A DNA stretch of 35,886 nucleotides. Origin: Candidatus Woesearchaeota archaeon. GTDB taxonomy: Archaea; Nanobdellota; Nanobdellia; SCGC-AAA011-G17; JAFCDX01. Under the pieces are notes generated by a model. It saw only the letters and a list, made by a program, of their open reading frames with translations. It ran no database searches and had not been told where the DNA came from. The stretch covers positions 1 to 35,886 of the forward strand of contig JAGVZV010000008.1 of the NCBI GenBank assembly GCA_018302265.1, written 5' to 3'. The position numbers and the translations under genes are program-made. Below are positions 10,010-17,917 of the stretch, one piece after another (position 1 is the stretch's first letter; the number at the start of each line of letters is the position of its first letter).

Positions 10010-10927
10010 ATGAATTATAAGATAGGAAATCTAAGATTAAAGAATAATCTCGTTCTTGCTCCAATGGCAGGCATAAATGACACTGCATTCAGAATGTTAT
10101 GCAAGAGATACGGAGCAGGTTTAGTGTATACTGAAATGATAAACGCTAATGCTATTTTTAATAAGAATAAGGCTACTCTTAAAAAATTGAATTTTGTCGA
10201 GGAAGAAAGGCCTATTGCAGTACAATTATTTGGAGCAAATTTAAAAATGCTGGAATCAGCAGCAGTGATAGCAGAAGAAAAAGCAGATATTATTGATATA
10301 AATTTTGGATGTCCGGATTTAAAAGTATTAAATCAGGGATGCGGTGCAGCCTTGCTAAAAAGACCAAAAAGGATATCTGAAATAATAAAGGCAGTTGTAA
10401 ATAAAGTTAGCATTCCTGTAACTGCGAAGATTAGAATAGGAACTGATAGCATAAAGATAGCAAGATTAATTGAAGACGCTGGTGCTTCAGCTATTGCTGT
10501 ACATGCAAGAACAGTACGTCAGGGTTATTCAGGAAAAGCAGACTGGAGTAAAATAAGAGAAATAAAAGAAGCTGTGAATATCCCTATTATTGGGAATGGG
10601 GATGTATTCACAAAAGAAGATGCAGAAAACATGCAAAAATCAACAAAATGTGATTTTATAATGATTGGAAGAGCTGCAATGACAAATCCTGCGATATTCA
10701 AGGAGATTACTAATGGGAAGATAAGCAGCAAAGAAAAGCTAGATTTATTTTTTGAATATATTGAACTAGCAGAGAAATATAACTGCTATAAGTTTGTAAC
10801 TGCAAAAAGGCATGCACTAAATTTTACAAGAGGGATGCCAAATTCAACAAGATTAAGAGAAAGAATAAGTTTATCTAAAACCATTGATGAAGTAAAAGAG
10901 AGTATTTTATCCTTTGATAACTGTTAA
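10010..10927 (+). CDS. dus: tRNA-dihydrouridine synthase
   Basis: Dus/TIM-barrel flavoenzyme pattern: LAPMAGINDTAFRMLCKRYGAGLVYTEM, DINFGCP, HARTVRQGYSGKADW, GNGD. Confidence 0.9.
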   Translation: MNYKIGNLRLKNNLVLAPMAGINDTAFRMLCKRYGAGLVYTEMINANAIFNKNKATLKKLNFVEEERPIAVQLFGANLKMLESAAVIAEEKADIIDINFGCPDLKVLNQGCGAALLKRPKRISEIIKAVVNKVSIPVTAKIRIGTDSIKIARLIEDAGASAIAVHARTVRQGYSGKADWSKIREIKEAVNIPIIGNGDVFTKEDAENMQKSTKCDFIMIGRAAMTNPAIFKEITNGKISSKEKLDLFFEYIELAEKYNCYKFVTAKRHALNFTRGMPNSTRLRERISLSKTIDEVKESILSFDNC

Positions 10928-11077
10928 GACTTTTTAAATAAAGCGTATACTGCAATGTATATGTTGTAGTGAACTGCAAATTGCAGGGTGTGCGCGGGGG
11001 GTTTATAAAGGAAATTTACTTAATTGAAATATGAAACTATCAGAACCAATTATAAAATGGGCGTTAGATTTTTTAAA

Positions 11078-12524
11078 TCAACCTTTAATTACAGAAAGTG
11101 GTGAAACTCTTACGACCTTGCTTCCCAAACCAACACCATGAGAAACTTCTATAACTGACTCTATTTCCTTGTACACTCCAGGCGCTTCTTCAGCAAGTCC
11201 ATCCCAAGAACCAGATTTTACTTCTATACCTTTTTCATGCAATTCTTTTTTAATAGTTTCCCCTCTGAATTGTCTTAAAGCTTCATGCCTTGACATCACT
11301 CTACCTGCACCATGAGGAGCACTACTAAAAGAAATCTCTTCTGCTTTGTTAGTTCCAACTAAAATATATGATGGATTACCCATCGATGAAGGCACAAGTA
11401 CCGGCTGTCCTGTTTTTTTATAAATCTCAGGTAATTCATCTCGTCCAGGACCAAAAGATCTTGTAGCACCTTTACGCATAATCAATACTTCTCTCGTTTT
11501 TCCATCTATTAAATGTTTTTCGAATTTTGCCACATTATGCGCGACGCAATATAATAAATTTATTTTTACCTTACCAAAAACTTTTTCAAAAGATTCACGT
11601 ATCCAATGCATTATCATCTGTCTATTTGCAAATGCAAAATTAGTTGCTGCACTCATTGCACCATAATATTTTTGCCCTAAATCAGAATTGATTGGTGCAT
11701 TTATCAGTTCTCTGTCAGGCAAATCCTTAAATCCATATTTCTGCTCCATTAGTTTTATGTAATCAGATGCAACTTGATGCCCAAGACCACGACTACCACA
11801 ATGAATTTGTATAACAACATTCTCTGGGTTAATACCCCATTCTTTAGCAATTTTATCATCAAATATCTTATCCACTTTTTCAACTTCCAAAAAATGATTT
11901 CCTGATCCTAGAGAACCAAGCTGAGGCATCCCACGTTTTAATGCTGTATCTGAAACAGCACCTGGATCTGCTTTTGGCATACAACCATACTCTTCTGTTC
12001 TATCAATATCTTCTTTTATGCCATAACCTTCTTTTACTGCCCATTTAGTCCCATTTTTTAGAACCTCCATCAAAATATCCTTTGTTACTCTTAGAGTTCC
12101 CTTGCTTCCAAGACCGGATGGAACATTCTTGTATACTTCATTGATTAATTGATCTCTTTTTTTTAGAAATTCATTTACAGAAAGGTCTGTTAAACAGCAT
12201 CTTACCCCACAATTGATGTCGTCTCAGGAAATTAAAGATTCTTTAATTTAATCCTACGCCACCAGGTGAGATTATTCCTTCCTGCATATCAAATGCAGCT
12301 ACACCACCGATTGGAAAACCGTAGCCTGAATGTATGTCTGGCATAGCCAAAGCACGCTTTTGGATTCCCTTCAGTGTTGCAACATTTGCTAGCTGTTTTA
12401 TTGCCTCTGGCTCTACAGCATCAAGGAGCTTTTTAGATGCAAAAATAACTCCTGGAACCAGCATAGAGCCTGTTTTAGGCAATTCCCATTCATATTCCGA
12501 TATTTTCTTTAACTGGTCTTTCAT
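11078..12524 (-). CDS. rtcB: RtcB RNA 3'-phosphate ligase (tRNA-splicing ligase), interrupted by a 28-nt putative BHB intron; proposed CDS = complement(join(11078..12222,12251..12524))
   Basis: N-terminal ORF 12243-12524 ends ...[19 protein letters not shown]...ISPGGVGLN*. The downstream frame (+1) reads *DDINCGVR... and continues into ORF 11078-12073. That ORF carries all RtcB metal/GMP His motifs ([29 protein letters not shown]). The joined length is 1419 nt (472 aa). Confidence 0.9.
12223..12250 (-). other. Putative 28-nt bulge-helix-bulge (BHB) intron within the rtcB mRNA
   Basis: On the minus-strand RNA: outer helix UGGUGGCG/CGACAUCA (7 of 8 pairs), 3' bulge AGA, 4-bp central helix UAGG/CCUG, 5' bulge AUU, inner 9-bp perfect helix AAAUUAAAG/CUUUAAUUU with loop AAU. 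Cutting after the second nt of each bulge removes exactly 28 nt and joins GGA-U|AC-GAC, giving G-Y-D. Confidence 0.6.
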
Positions 12525-12539
12525 TGTTGATAATAAGAT

Positions 12540-13583
12540 TTATGTATTTATTAACATTTCGCTGATTTTTTCTCTTAGTTTATATGTATCAGCCCATTTT
12601 GCATAAGCCTGCCATCCTTGATAGCTTTCTAGAATCTTTTCTTTTGTTATTTGTTTATTTTTATACTGATTTATTTTTATCAACATTTTTCTTATATTTC
12701 TTTTCCTTAATAGCCTATAATAATAAAAATTCCTAAAACCAATAAAATCTATTCCTCTTGATAAAGAGATTACTTTAGACTTTTCTTTGTGCAATTCCAG
12801 CTTTAATTCTTCTTTTAGAAAGGCGTCTATTTGTTCTTTCCATTTGGTTAATTGCTCTTTAGAATTATGCAAAATCACAAAATCATCAACATATCTTATA
12901 TAATATTTAGCTTTAAGTTTATGCTTAACAAAATAATCCAATTCATTGAGATAAACATTTGCAAAGAACTGAGAAGTCAGATTTCCTAGGGGCATTCCTA
13001 TATCCTCTTTTTCCTGTCCATTTATTAATATTAGTTTGATTAAATTGATTACTTTTTCATCTGCTATCTTCTTCTCTATTATTTTTATTAAAATGTTATG
13101 ACTAACTTCATAAAAATAATGCTTTATATCTCCTTTGAAGCAATAGCCTGAAACAAAATTATCATCAAAAATATCAGAGATTAACTTTCCATTATTTGAT
13201 GCCTTTCTCTTGAACAGATTGAATCTTTTAACTGCAAATAAATTTCCTTTGTTCTTTCTTGAAGCGCATGAATCATGTATAAATATCTTCTCAAAAATAG
13301 GTTCTATTATGTTGCATAAAGCATGATGGACTATCCTGTCTTCAAAAAAGGAAACGTGTATTACCCTTGTTTTTGGGTCTCTGATAATAAATCTCTTTAG
13401 CGGTCTTGGCTTGTAGGTTTCACTTAATAATCTTTCTTGTAGTCTTAATAGATTTTCTTTTAAATTATATTTAAATTGAATTACGTAATCTTTTTTGGTC
13501 TTTCCTTTTCTAGCTTTTTTGAATGCTAGCAATAAATTATTATAAGAATAAATTTTATGATATAAATTATTATGAGTATGCAT
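12540..13583 (-). CDS. DGR-type reverse transcriptase
   Basis: RT motifs RDPKTRVIHVSFFEDRIVHHAL, GDIKHYFYEV, GMPLGNLTSQFFANVYL (the [LI]GxxxSQ signature typical of DGR RTs), YIRYVDDFVIL (YxDD), KSKVISLSRGIDFIGF. About 350 aa with no maturase or endonuclease domain. The stop lies 15 nt upstream of the rtcB ATG. Confidence 0.9.
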   Translation of the reverse strand: MHTHNNLYHKIYSYNNLLLAFKKARKGKTKKDYVIQFKYNLKENLLRLQERLLSETYKPRPLKRFIIRDPKTRVIHVSFFEDRIVHHALCNIIEPIFEKIFIHDSCASRKNKGNLFAVKRFNLFKRKASNNGKLISDIFDDNFVSGYCFKGDIKHYFYEVSHNILIKIIEKKIADEKVINLIKLILINGQEKEDIGMPLGNLTSQFFANVYLNELDYFVKHKLKAKYYIRYVDDFVILHNSKEQLTKWKEQIDAFLKEELKLELHKEKSKVISLSRGIDFIGFRNFYYYRLLRKRNIRKMLIKINQYKNKQITKEKILESYQGWQAYAKWADTYKLREKISEMLINT

Positions 13584-13610
13584 TTTATTGCCTTAGCAGC
13601 ATAGACCATT

Positions 13611-13708
13611 CCGAGCCCAGAAGTCCCGTTCTTAATGAATTTCGAGTTCTGAGGATCCCTATTGCAATTCAAGTTAGCCCTATCCGAGTTAGCATTGAAC
13701 CCCGCAAC
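13611..13708 (-). repeat. DGR template repeat (TR): core 13643-13708 plus 3' extension with an IMH*-like TTCTGGGCTCGGAATG (IMH = initiation of mutagenic homing)
   Basis: The minus strand reads gtt gcg ggg ttc AAT gct AAC tcg gAt Agg gct AAC ttg AAT tgc AAT Agg gat cct cAg AAC tcg AAA. It is rich in AAY codons. The 66-nt core aligns without gaps to all three VRs. Confidence 0.85.
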
Positions 13709-13954
13709 AGTTAAAGTAGCACACTAATCAAATATTCACGGCTATCTTAATTTTCATTCAGAAACTTTCCCAAGGCTCCTTCATTATTACTGGTTATCAT
13801 AGCTGTATTTTATAACCGGAATCTTTTGGATTTGGTTGTAATCAGCATGCATGTGGTCTAAGTTATTGATCCTCACTAACTTATTGGGTAAGTTTCAAAT
13901 CAATAGAGCTAAGACATTTTTATAGAATAAAATTAATTAATAAAGCTTCCTAAA

Positions 13955-14752
13955 TTACGCGCCTTCGGCGCACCCAAACACCCCGAGCCCAGAATACGAG
14001 AACCGAGGATCCCAATTGCAACCCAAGTCAGCCCAATCCGAGTAAGCATAGAACCCCGCCACAGCACCATCTTCTGGTTTCCAATATCTAATATTTTCTC
14101 CTTGTCTATACTCTTGAGTATTATGTTTTGCATTTGGATTTGCTAATCCCTGATTATTTAGATTGGTAAAATCTATATAACAGTCATTCATTAGGCACGG
14201 ATTTAAATCTTCAACTGTTGTTACAAGTTTTCCATTATTTAACCCATTTATTGTTTCAAGATGCCATTTTTTCTTTTTATTTATGCATTTTCCATTAAGC
14301 CATGTCCACACTCCTAGTTTTTTTGGGTCATATATAGCTATGTGATCTTTAGTTAGATGTAGATACATATTCAGTATTTCCTCTTCTCTAATTCTTGAGT
14401 TTTCTGCATTTAGTACAGGTGTCTTATTTTTGTAAGCATCTAAAATTTTATTGAAAAAATGCATGAATATTCTTGGAGTGGGTACATACAGTTTATTTCC
14501 AAGCAATTTTGTATGGGTATCTTCGTAATTCATGTTATTGTATCCTGGCAGTTCAAACTTGGATATTACTGCTCTTTTTCCATATAATCCATTTGTATCT
14601 AATTGAACATATTCTTTTGGATCTTGTATATCAAATTCTCCAGAAACATTTGGATCATCTACTTTTTGTGCTAGTATAGAAGTCTCTTTTAGATCTGGAT
14701 TATGGGTTAATTCTGCTAATCTTATTAGATTTGGATTAATTCTCTTATTCAT
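13955..14752 (-). CDS. DGR variable protein, target 3 (C-terminal VR1); putative C-type-lectin/DUF1566-like variable domain
   Basis: C-terminus ...NIRYWKPEDGAVAGFYAYSDWADLGCNWDPRFSYSGLGVFGCAEGA*. VR1 occupies roughly the last 36 codons. The N-terminus shares the NPNL.RLAE..HNPDLKETSILAQKVDDPN module with its paralogs. No signal peptide. Confidence 0.8.
   Translation of the reverse strand: MNKRINPNLIRLAELTHNPDLKETSILAQKVDDPNVSGEFDIQDPKEYVQLDTNGLYGKRAVISKFELPGYNNMNYEDTHTKLLGNKLYVPTPRIFMHFFNKILDAYKNKTPVLNAENSRIREEEILNMYLHLTKDHIAIYDPKKLGVWTWLNGKCINKKKKWHLETINGLNNGKLVTTVEDLNPCLMNDCYIDFTNLNNQGLANPNAKHNTQEYRQGENIRYWKPEDGAVAGFYAYSDWADLGCNWDPRFSYSGLGVFGCAEGA
13979..14062 (-). repeat. VR1 (variable core 13997-14062) plus IMH-like TTCTGGGCTCGGGGTG (13979-13996)
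   Basis: Hand alignment to the TR gives 12 mismatches at TR adenines and one T-to-G at the 5' edge. A GC hairpin GCGCC-GAA-GGCGC (minus-strand reading; 13959-13971) follows. Confidence 0.85.
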
Positions 14753-15603
14753 TTTTGCTCCTTAATTTTTGCGATACGCACCCCGAGCCCAGAATACGAG
14801 AGCAGAGGATCACTAAGGCAATCCAAGAGAGCCCTACCCGAGGAAGCATAGAACCCCGCAACAGAATTATTATCCTTCATTGGACGCCAATAATTAATAT
14901 CATCTCCTTCTTTTGTTGGCATTCCCTGCTTGTTGCAACCGGATAAATCTATTTTACAATTATCCATTAGACATTCTTCTAATAATTTCCTATTTCTTGG
15001 GATTAAATTACCATTTGCATCCCGGACATGATTATAATAAATATATAAATTACCTTTTTCACTTTCCTGTATTTCCTTTCCTGCCTTATTTAAATATTTA
15101 AAATCAGCATCAAGCCATTCTGCTCTTCCAGGATTTCTTACACCAATAATTTCATCTAAAATTCTTTCCAGTTCTTTTGAATCTATTTTATTTTCATTAC
15201 CATCAAATGCTTTTCCTGATTTAAGAAGACTAATAAAATCTATCCCCTGCCTTGGATTAAGAGTAAATCCATTTAATTCTAAATTCAATCTTAAGGAATT
15301 TATCCAATTTATGTTTCCAATATAATCTCTTCCATTCTTTTCCTTTGATGTATTTGATAATTTTAATCCCAAAATATTTGCTACTTTTTCAACTTCTGGA
15401 TTATAAGATAATCTGTATTTTGAAACTAACAAATCAGGATATTCATAAGTTCCATGTCTTCCTTCAAGAATAATATAATCCTGTGGGTTTTGAACATTTA
15501 TGTTTGGTGTTTGTATTGGCTGTTGCACTAGTGAAGTATCCACTTTTAGATCTGGATCATATGTCTGCTCTGCTAGTTTTAGTAAATTTGGGTTTATTTT
15601 CAT
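14749..15603 (-). CDS. DGR variable protein, target 2 (C-terminal VR2)
   Basis: C-terminus ...DINYWRPMKDNNSVAGFYASSGRALLDCLSDPLLSYSGLGVRIAKIKEQK*. ATGA overlap with target 3. The N-terminal MKINPNLLKLAEQTYDPDLK is identical to target 1. Confidence 0.8.
   Translation of the reverse strand: MKINPNLLKLAEQTYDPDLKVDTSLVQQPIQTPNINVQNPQDYIILEGRHGTYEYPDLLVSKYRLSYNPEVEKVANILGLKLSNTSKEKNGRDYIGNINWINSLRLNLELNGFTLNPRQGIDFISLLKSGKAFDGNENKIDSKELERILDEIIGVRNPGRAEWLDADFKYLNKAGKEIQESEKGNLYIYYNHVRDANGNLIPRNRKLLEECLMDNCKIDLSGCNKQGMPTKEGDDINYWRPMKDNNSVAGFYASSGRALLDCLSDPLLSYSGLGVRIAKIKEQK
14779..14862 (-). repeat. VR2 (variable core 14797-14862) plus IMH-like block (14779-14796)
   Basis: 14 mismatches at TR adenines and one G-to-T (agg to agt). 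The 43-nt 3' flank 14758-14800 is identical to 17156-17198. A small hairpin TGCG-TAT-CGCA (minus-strand reading; 14770-14780) and an AAGGAG sequence precede the next ATG. Confidence 0.85.
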
Positions 15604-17150
15604 TGTATTGATTTCTTGAGTTCCCCCATTGTTATGCTTTTAATGTCATCCTGTGAATGAAGTGGGAGAATAGCTACATTTTTCTTATCTTTCAACCTTT
15701 CTGACAGATTTTTTATGTTCCCAGAATCTGTATAGAACAAATGAACCCTGTGAACATTTGGCAATCCAGAGATGTAAGACAAAAATTCATCTAAATTGTG
15801 AATTCCCATATCAGAAACAACGCTTATGTCAATGCTCTTTTGCGCTTTAACCATATTTTCTATTGTTGATGTGCTGAATACAGTTCCGCCTGACTGATAT
15901 GTTCTTATTATTTTGTGGATATTTTCCTTTTTATTGGAAGGACCAAAAACCAGATTGTCTGCTGAAAAATTATAAATTGTTACCTTAGATCCATTATTGA
16001 GATAGGCATTTGCTATTACAGTTGCTCCTAAAACAGGTATTGAAATATTTTCATCAGGGTTTGGCATGCTCCCAGATGAATCAATAACAATCAAGCTATC
16101 CGGAATTTCAAAATAGGCTGTTGTAACCTCTCCCTCTTTCTTAATCCATTTTTGTGTTATACCTGGAATTATTCCTGGACTTGAAAAAGGATCAAGATCA
16201 TTTATGTGATCATCGAGACTAAATTCCTCATGTGAGTGTGGATATAAACTTCCATTCTTTTGTATTTGTTTTTTTCTAATAGGTATTGAAAAGTTCTCTG
16301 CAAGTGCTGAATAGAAATTTCTTGCTATAATTATATTTCCCTTCTCAGTTCCAGCGCTTTTTCCTGATTCTTGTTCTTTTAATTCCTTTCCCTCATTAGA
16401 TTTTTCTAAAAATTGTTTTACTACATCCTCAAATTCTCCAGGCTGTGATTCCTGGGCAAACTGCCTTATTCCCTCTCTTACTTGATTATCAGAAAAACCA
16501 GAGCCAGAATCATGATCTTTTGATTCATATTTTTCATCCTGATGTTGGTCCATATATTCTTTAATAACACCAATAAATTTCCTAAAATTATTTTCTTCAT
16601 TTGTTTTATCTAAATAATCTATTCCACTTAATCTTTCAATTAAATTATTTTCTTCTTTCTTAAGTTTTAATCCAAAATCTGTTTTCCATAATTTTTGACA
16701 TAATCCAAAAAATATCTTATCCAAACTTTTTGATTTTATAGCTTCTGATTTTAGAGATTTTGGTATGCTCTCGTAACCCTTATTCTCAACAAGATTTGTA
16801 TTATTTTGTACATTCAAGAATGCCTCTCTTGAATAATAAGCCTTCTGCCCATAAAGACTTTCACTGGCGATTTTTTGCAATCTTAACAAATTTAAAACAG
16901 ATCCAGGATAATCTATAAAATGCCCTGTTTCATGCCCTAAAATTGCATTGAATGATGTAGATTCATCGCAATCAGATTTCTTCAGTTCTTGGACATAATC
17001 TGGATTAATAGTAATTTGGAGATTTTCAAAATTAAATTGTCCATTTGGAATATCTTGTGATAATTTTGGCTGAGGCAATTGAGGATAGTAAAAATCCCTT
17101 CTTACTTCCTGCCATTCTCTTTCCATTATATTTTGTAAATCTTCAGTCAT
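15600..17150 (-). CDS. Protein with an N-terminal HExxH metallopeptidase-like domain and a C-terminal VWA domain
   Basis: AILGHETGHFIDYPGS contains HExxH. The C-terminal LIVIDSSGSMPNP carries the DxSxS motif of the metal-ion-dependent adhesion site (MIDAS), with downstream SGGT and SDMG. The architecture recalls the DUF2201-type VWA partners of MoxR ATPases (from memory, needs an HMM check). 4-nt overlap with target 2. Confidence 0.75.
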   Translation of the reverse strand: MTEDLQNIMEREWQEVRRDFYYPQLPQPKLSQDIPNGQFNFENLQITINPDYVQELKKSDCDESTSFNAILGHETGHFIDYPGSVLNLLRLQKIASESLYGQKAYYSREAFLNVQNNTNLVENKGYESIPKSLKSEAIKSKSLDKIFFGLCQKLWKTDFGLKLKKEENNLIERLSGIDYLDKTNEENNFRKFIGVIKEYMDQHQDEKYESKDHDSGSGFSDNQVREGIRQFAQESQPGEFEDVVKQFLEKSNEGKELKEQESGKSAGTEKGNIIIARNFYSALAENFSIPIRKKQIQKNGSLYPHSHEEFSLDDHINDLDPFSSPGIIPGITQKWIKKEGEVTTAYFEIPDSLIVIDSSGSMPNPDENISIPVLGATVIANAYLNNGSKVTIYNFSADNLVFGPSNKKENIHKIIRTYQSGGTVFSTSTIENMVKAQKSIDISVVSDMGIHNLDEFLSYISGLPNVHRVHLFYTDSGNIKNLSERLKDKKNVAILPLHSQDDIKSITMGELKKSIQ

Positions 17151-17152
17151 TT

Positions 17153-17917
17153 TTACTCCTTAATTTTTGCGATACGCACCCCGAGCCCAGAATACGAGCC
17201 CCGAGGATCCCAAGCGCAACTCAAGAGAGCCCTACCCGAGAAAGCAACGAACCCCGCAACACGTTCTTTTTGTTTTTCTAGTTTGGAATTAACACGCCAG
17301 ATATGAGCATCCTTTTCTGTTATCCATTTGTAAATATTATTTATTTCTTGTAAATTATCAGATCCTAGTAATGCCTTGAATGTATTTTTTTCTTTTAATT
17401 TTTTTACCCATTCATCTGGTCCAACAAAATCATCAGACACATTATATTGATCAGGCATTTTATAATTGTGAATTACTATATCTTTATTTGGAGAAGGCAT
17501 ATATTTTATTCTTGTTAAAGTCATTAACCAATTCTTGAACATTTTTTCTTTAATGAATTGCTTTGCCTGTTCTACTAAGTGCTTATTAGAAGAATCTCTG
17601 TTCTGATACAATGCCTGAAATAATGAATGATAGAGAGGAAAATCTCCTAGCTTAAATTCATTTGTTTTAGAGTATTCTGACCACTGGTCTTGTGTCTTAG
17701 AATCTCCATTATCCAATAATTCTTTTTGCAAGTCCACATGGTAAATTCCATCTCTGTAATTTACTCCTGTTACTGCCCAAAAATTAGGATTGTTGTTTAT
17801 ACTAAATTCTTGGGAAATATTTGGATCAGCTACTTTTTGTGCTAGTATAGAAGTCTCTTTTAGATCTGGATCATATGTCTGCTCTGCTAGTTTTAGTAAA
17901 TTTGGGTTTATTTTCAT
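17153..17917 (-). CDS. DGR variable protein, target 1 (C-terminal VR3)
   Basis: C-terminus ...EKQKERVAGFVAFSGRALLSCAWDPRGSYSGLGVRIAKIKE*. The N-terminal module is shared with targets 2 and 3. 4-nt overlap with the upstream AAA+ gene. Confidence 0.8.
   Translation of the reverse strand: MKINPNLLKLAEQTYDPDLKETSILAQKVADPNISQEFSINNNPNFWAVTGVNYRDGIYHVDLQKELLDNGDSKTQDQWSEYSKTNEFKLGDFPLYHSLFQALYQNRDSSNKHLVEQAKQFIKEKMFKNWLMTLTRIKYMPSPNKDIVIHNYKMPDQYNVSDDFVGPDEWVKKLKEKNTFKALLGSDNLQEINNIYKWITEKDAHIWRVNSKLEKQKERVAGFVAFSGRALLSCAWDPRGSYSGLGVRIAKIKE
17177..17260 (-). repeat. VR3 (variable core 17195-17260) plus IMH-like block (17177-17194)
   Basis: 16 mismatches to the TR, all at TR adenines. Hairpin TGCG-TAT-CGCA (minus-strand reading) at 17168-17178. 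Confidence 0.85.

Noticed and set aside
12074-12242. rtcB split interpreted as an intein insertion or as two separate genes
   Set aside because: The gap between the GGVG and DINCG motifs is only ~30 nt, and inteins are hundreds of nt. The region 12074-12222 is simply RtcB sequence in the same frame as ORF 11078-12073, which the track truncated at its first TTG/ATG.
12540-13583. RT as a group II intron maturase or retron RT
   Set aside because: There is no maturase (X) or endonuclease domain and no intron RNA domain-V-like structure nearby. The [LI]GxxxSQ motif and the adjacent TR with adenine-specific VR mismatches point to a DGR.
13523-17281. ORF-track entries 13523-13714(+), 13933-14133(-), 14755-14946(+) and 17045-17281(+), with recurring peptides such as EPRIR... 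and IEPRN
   Set aside because: They are antisense or out-of-frame readings of the TR and VR repeats. That is why they resemble each other. They overlap much better-supported genes and the TR itself.
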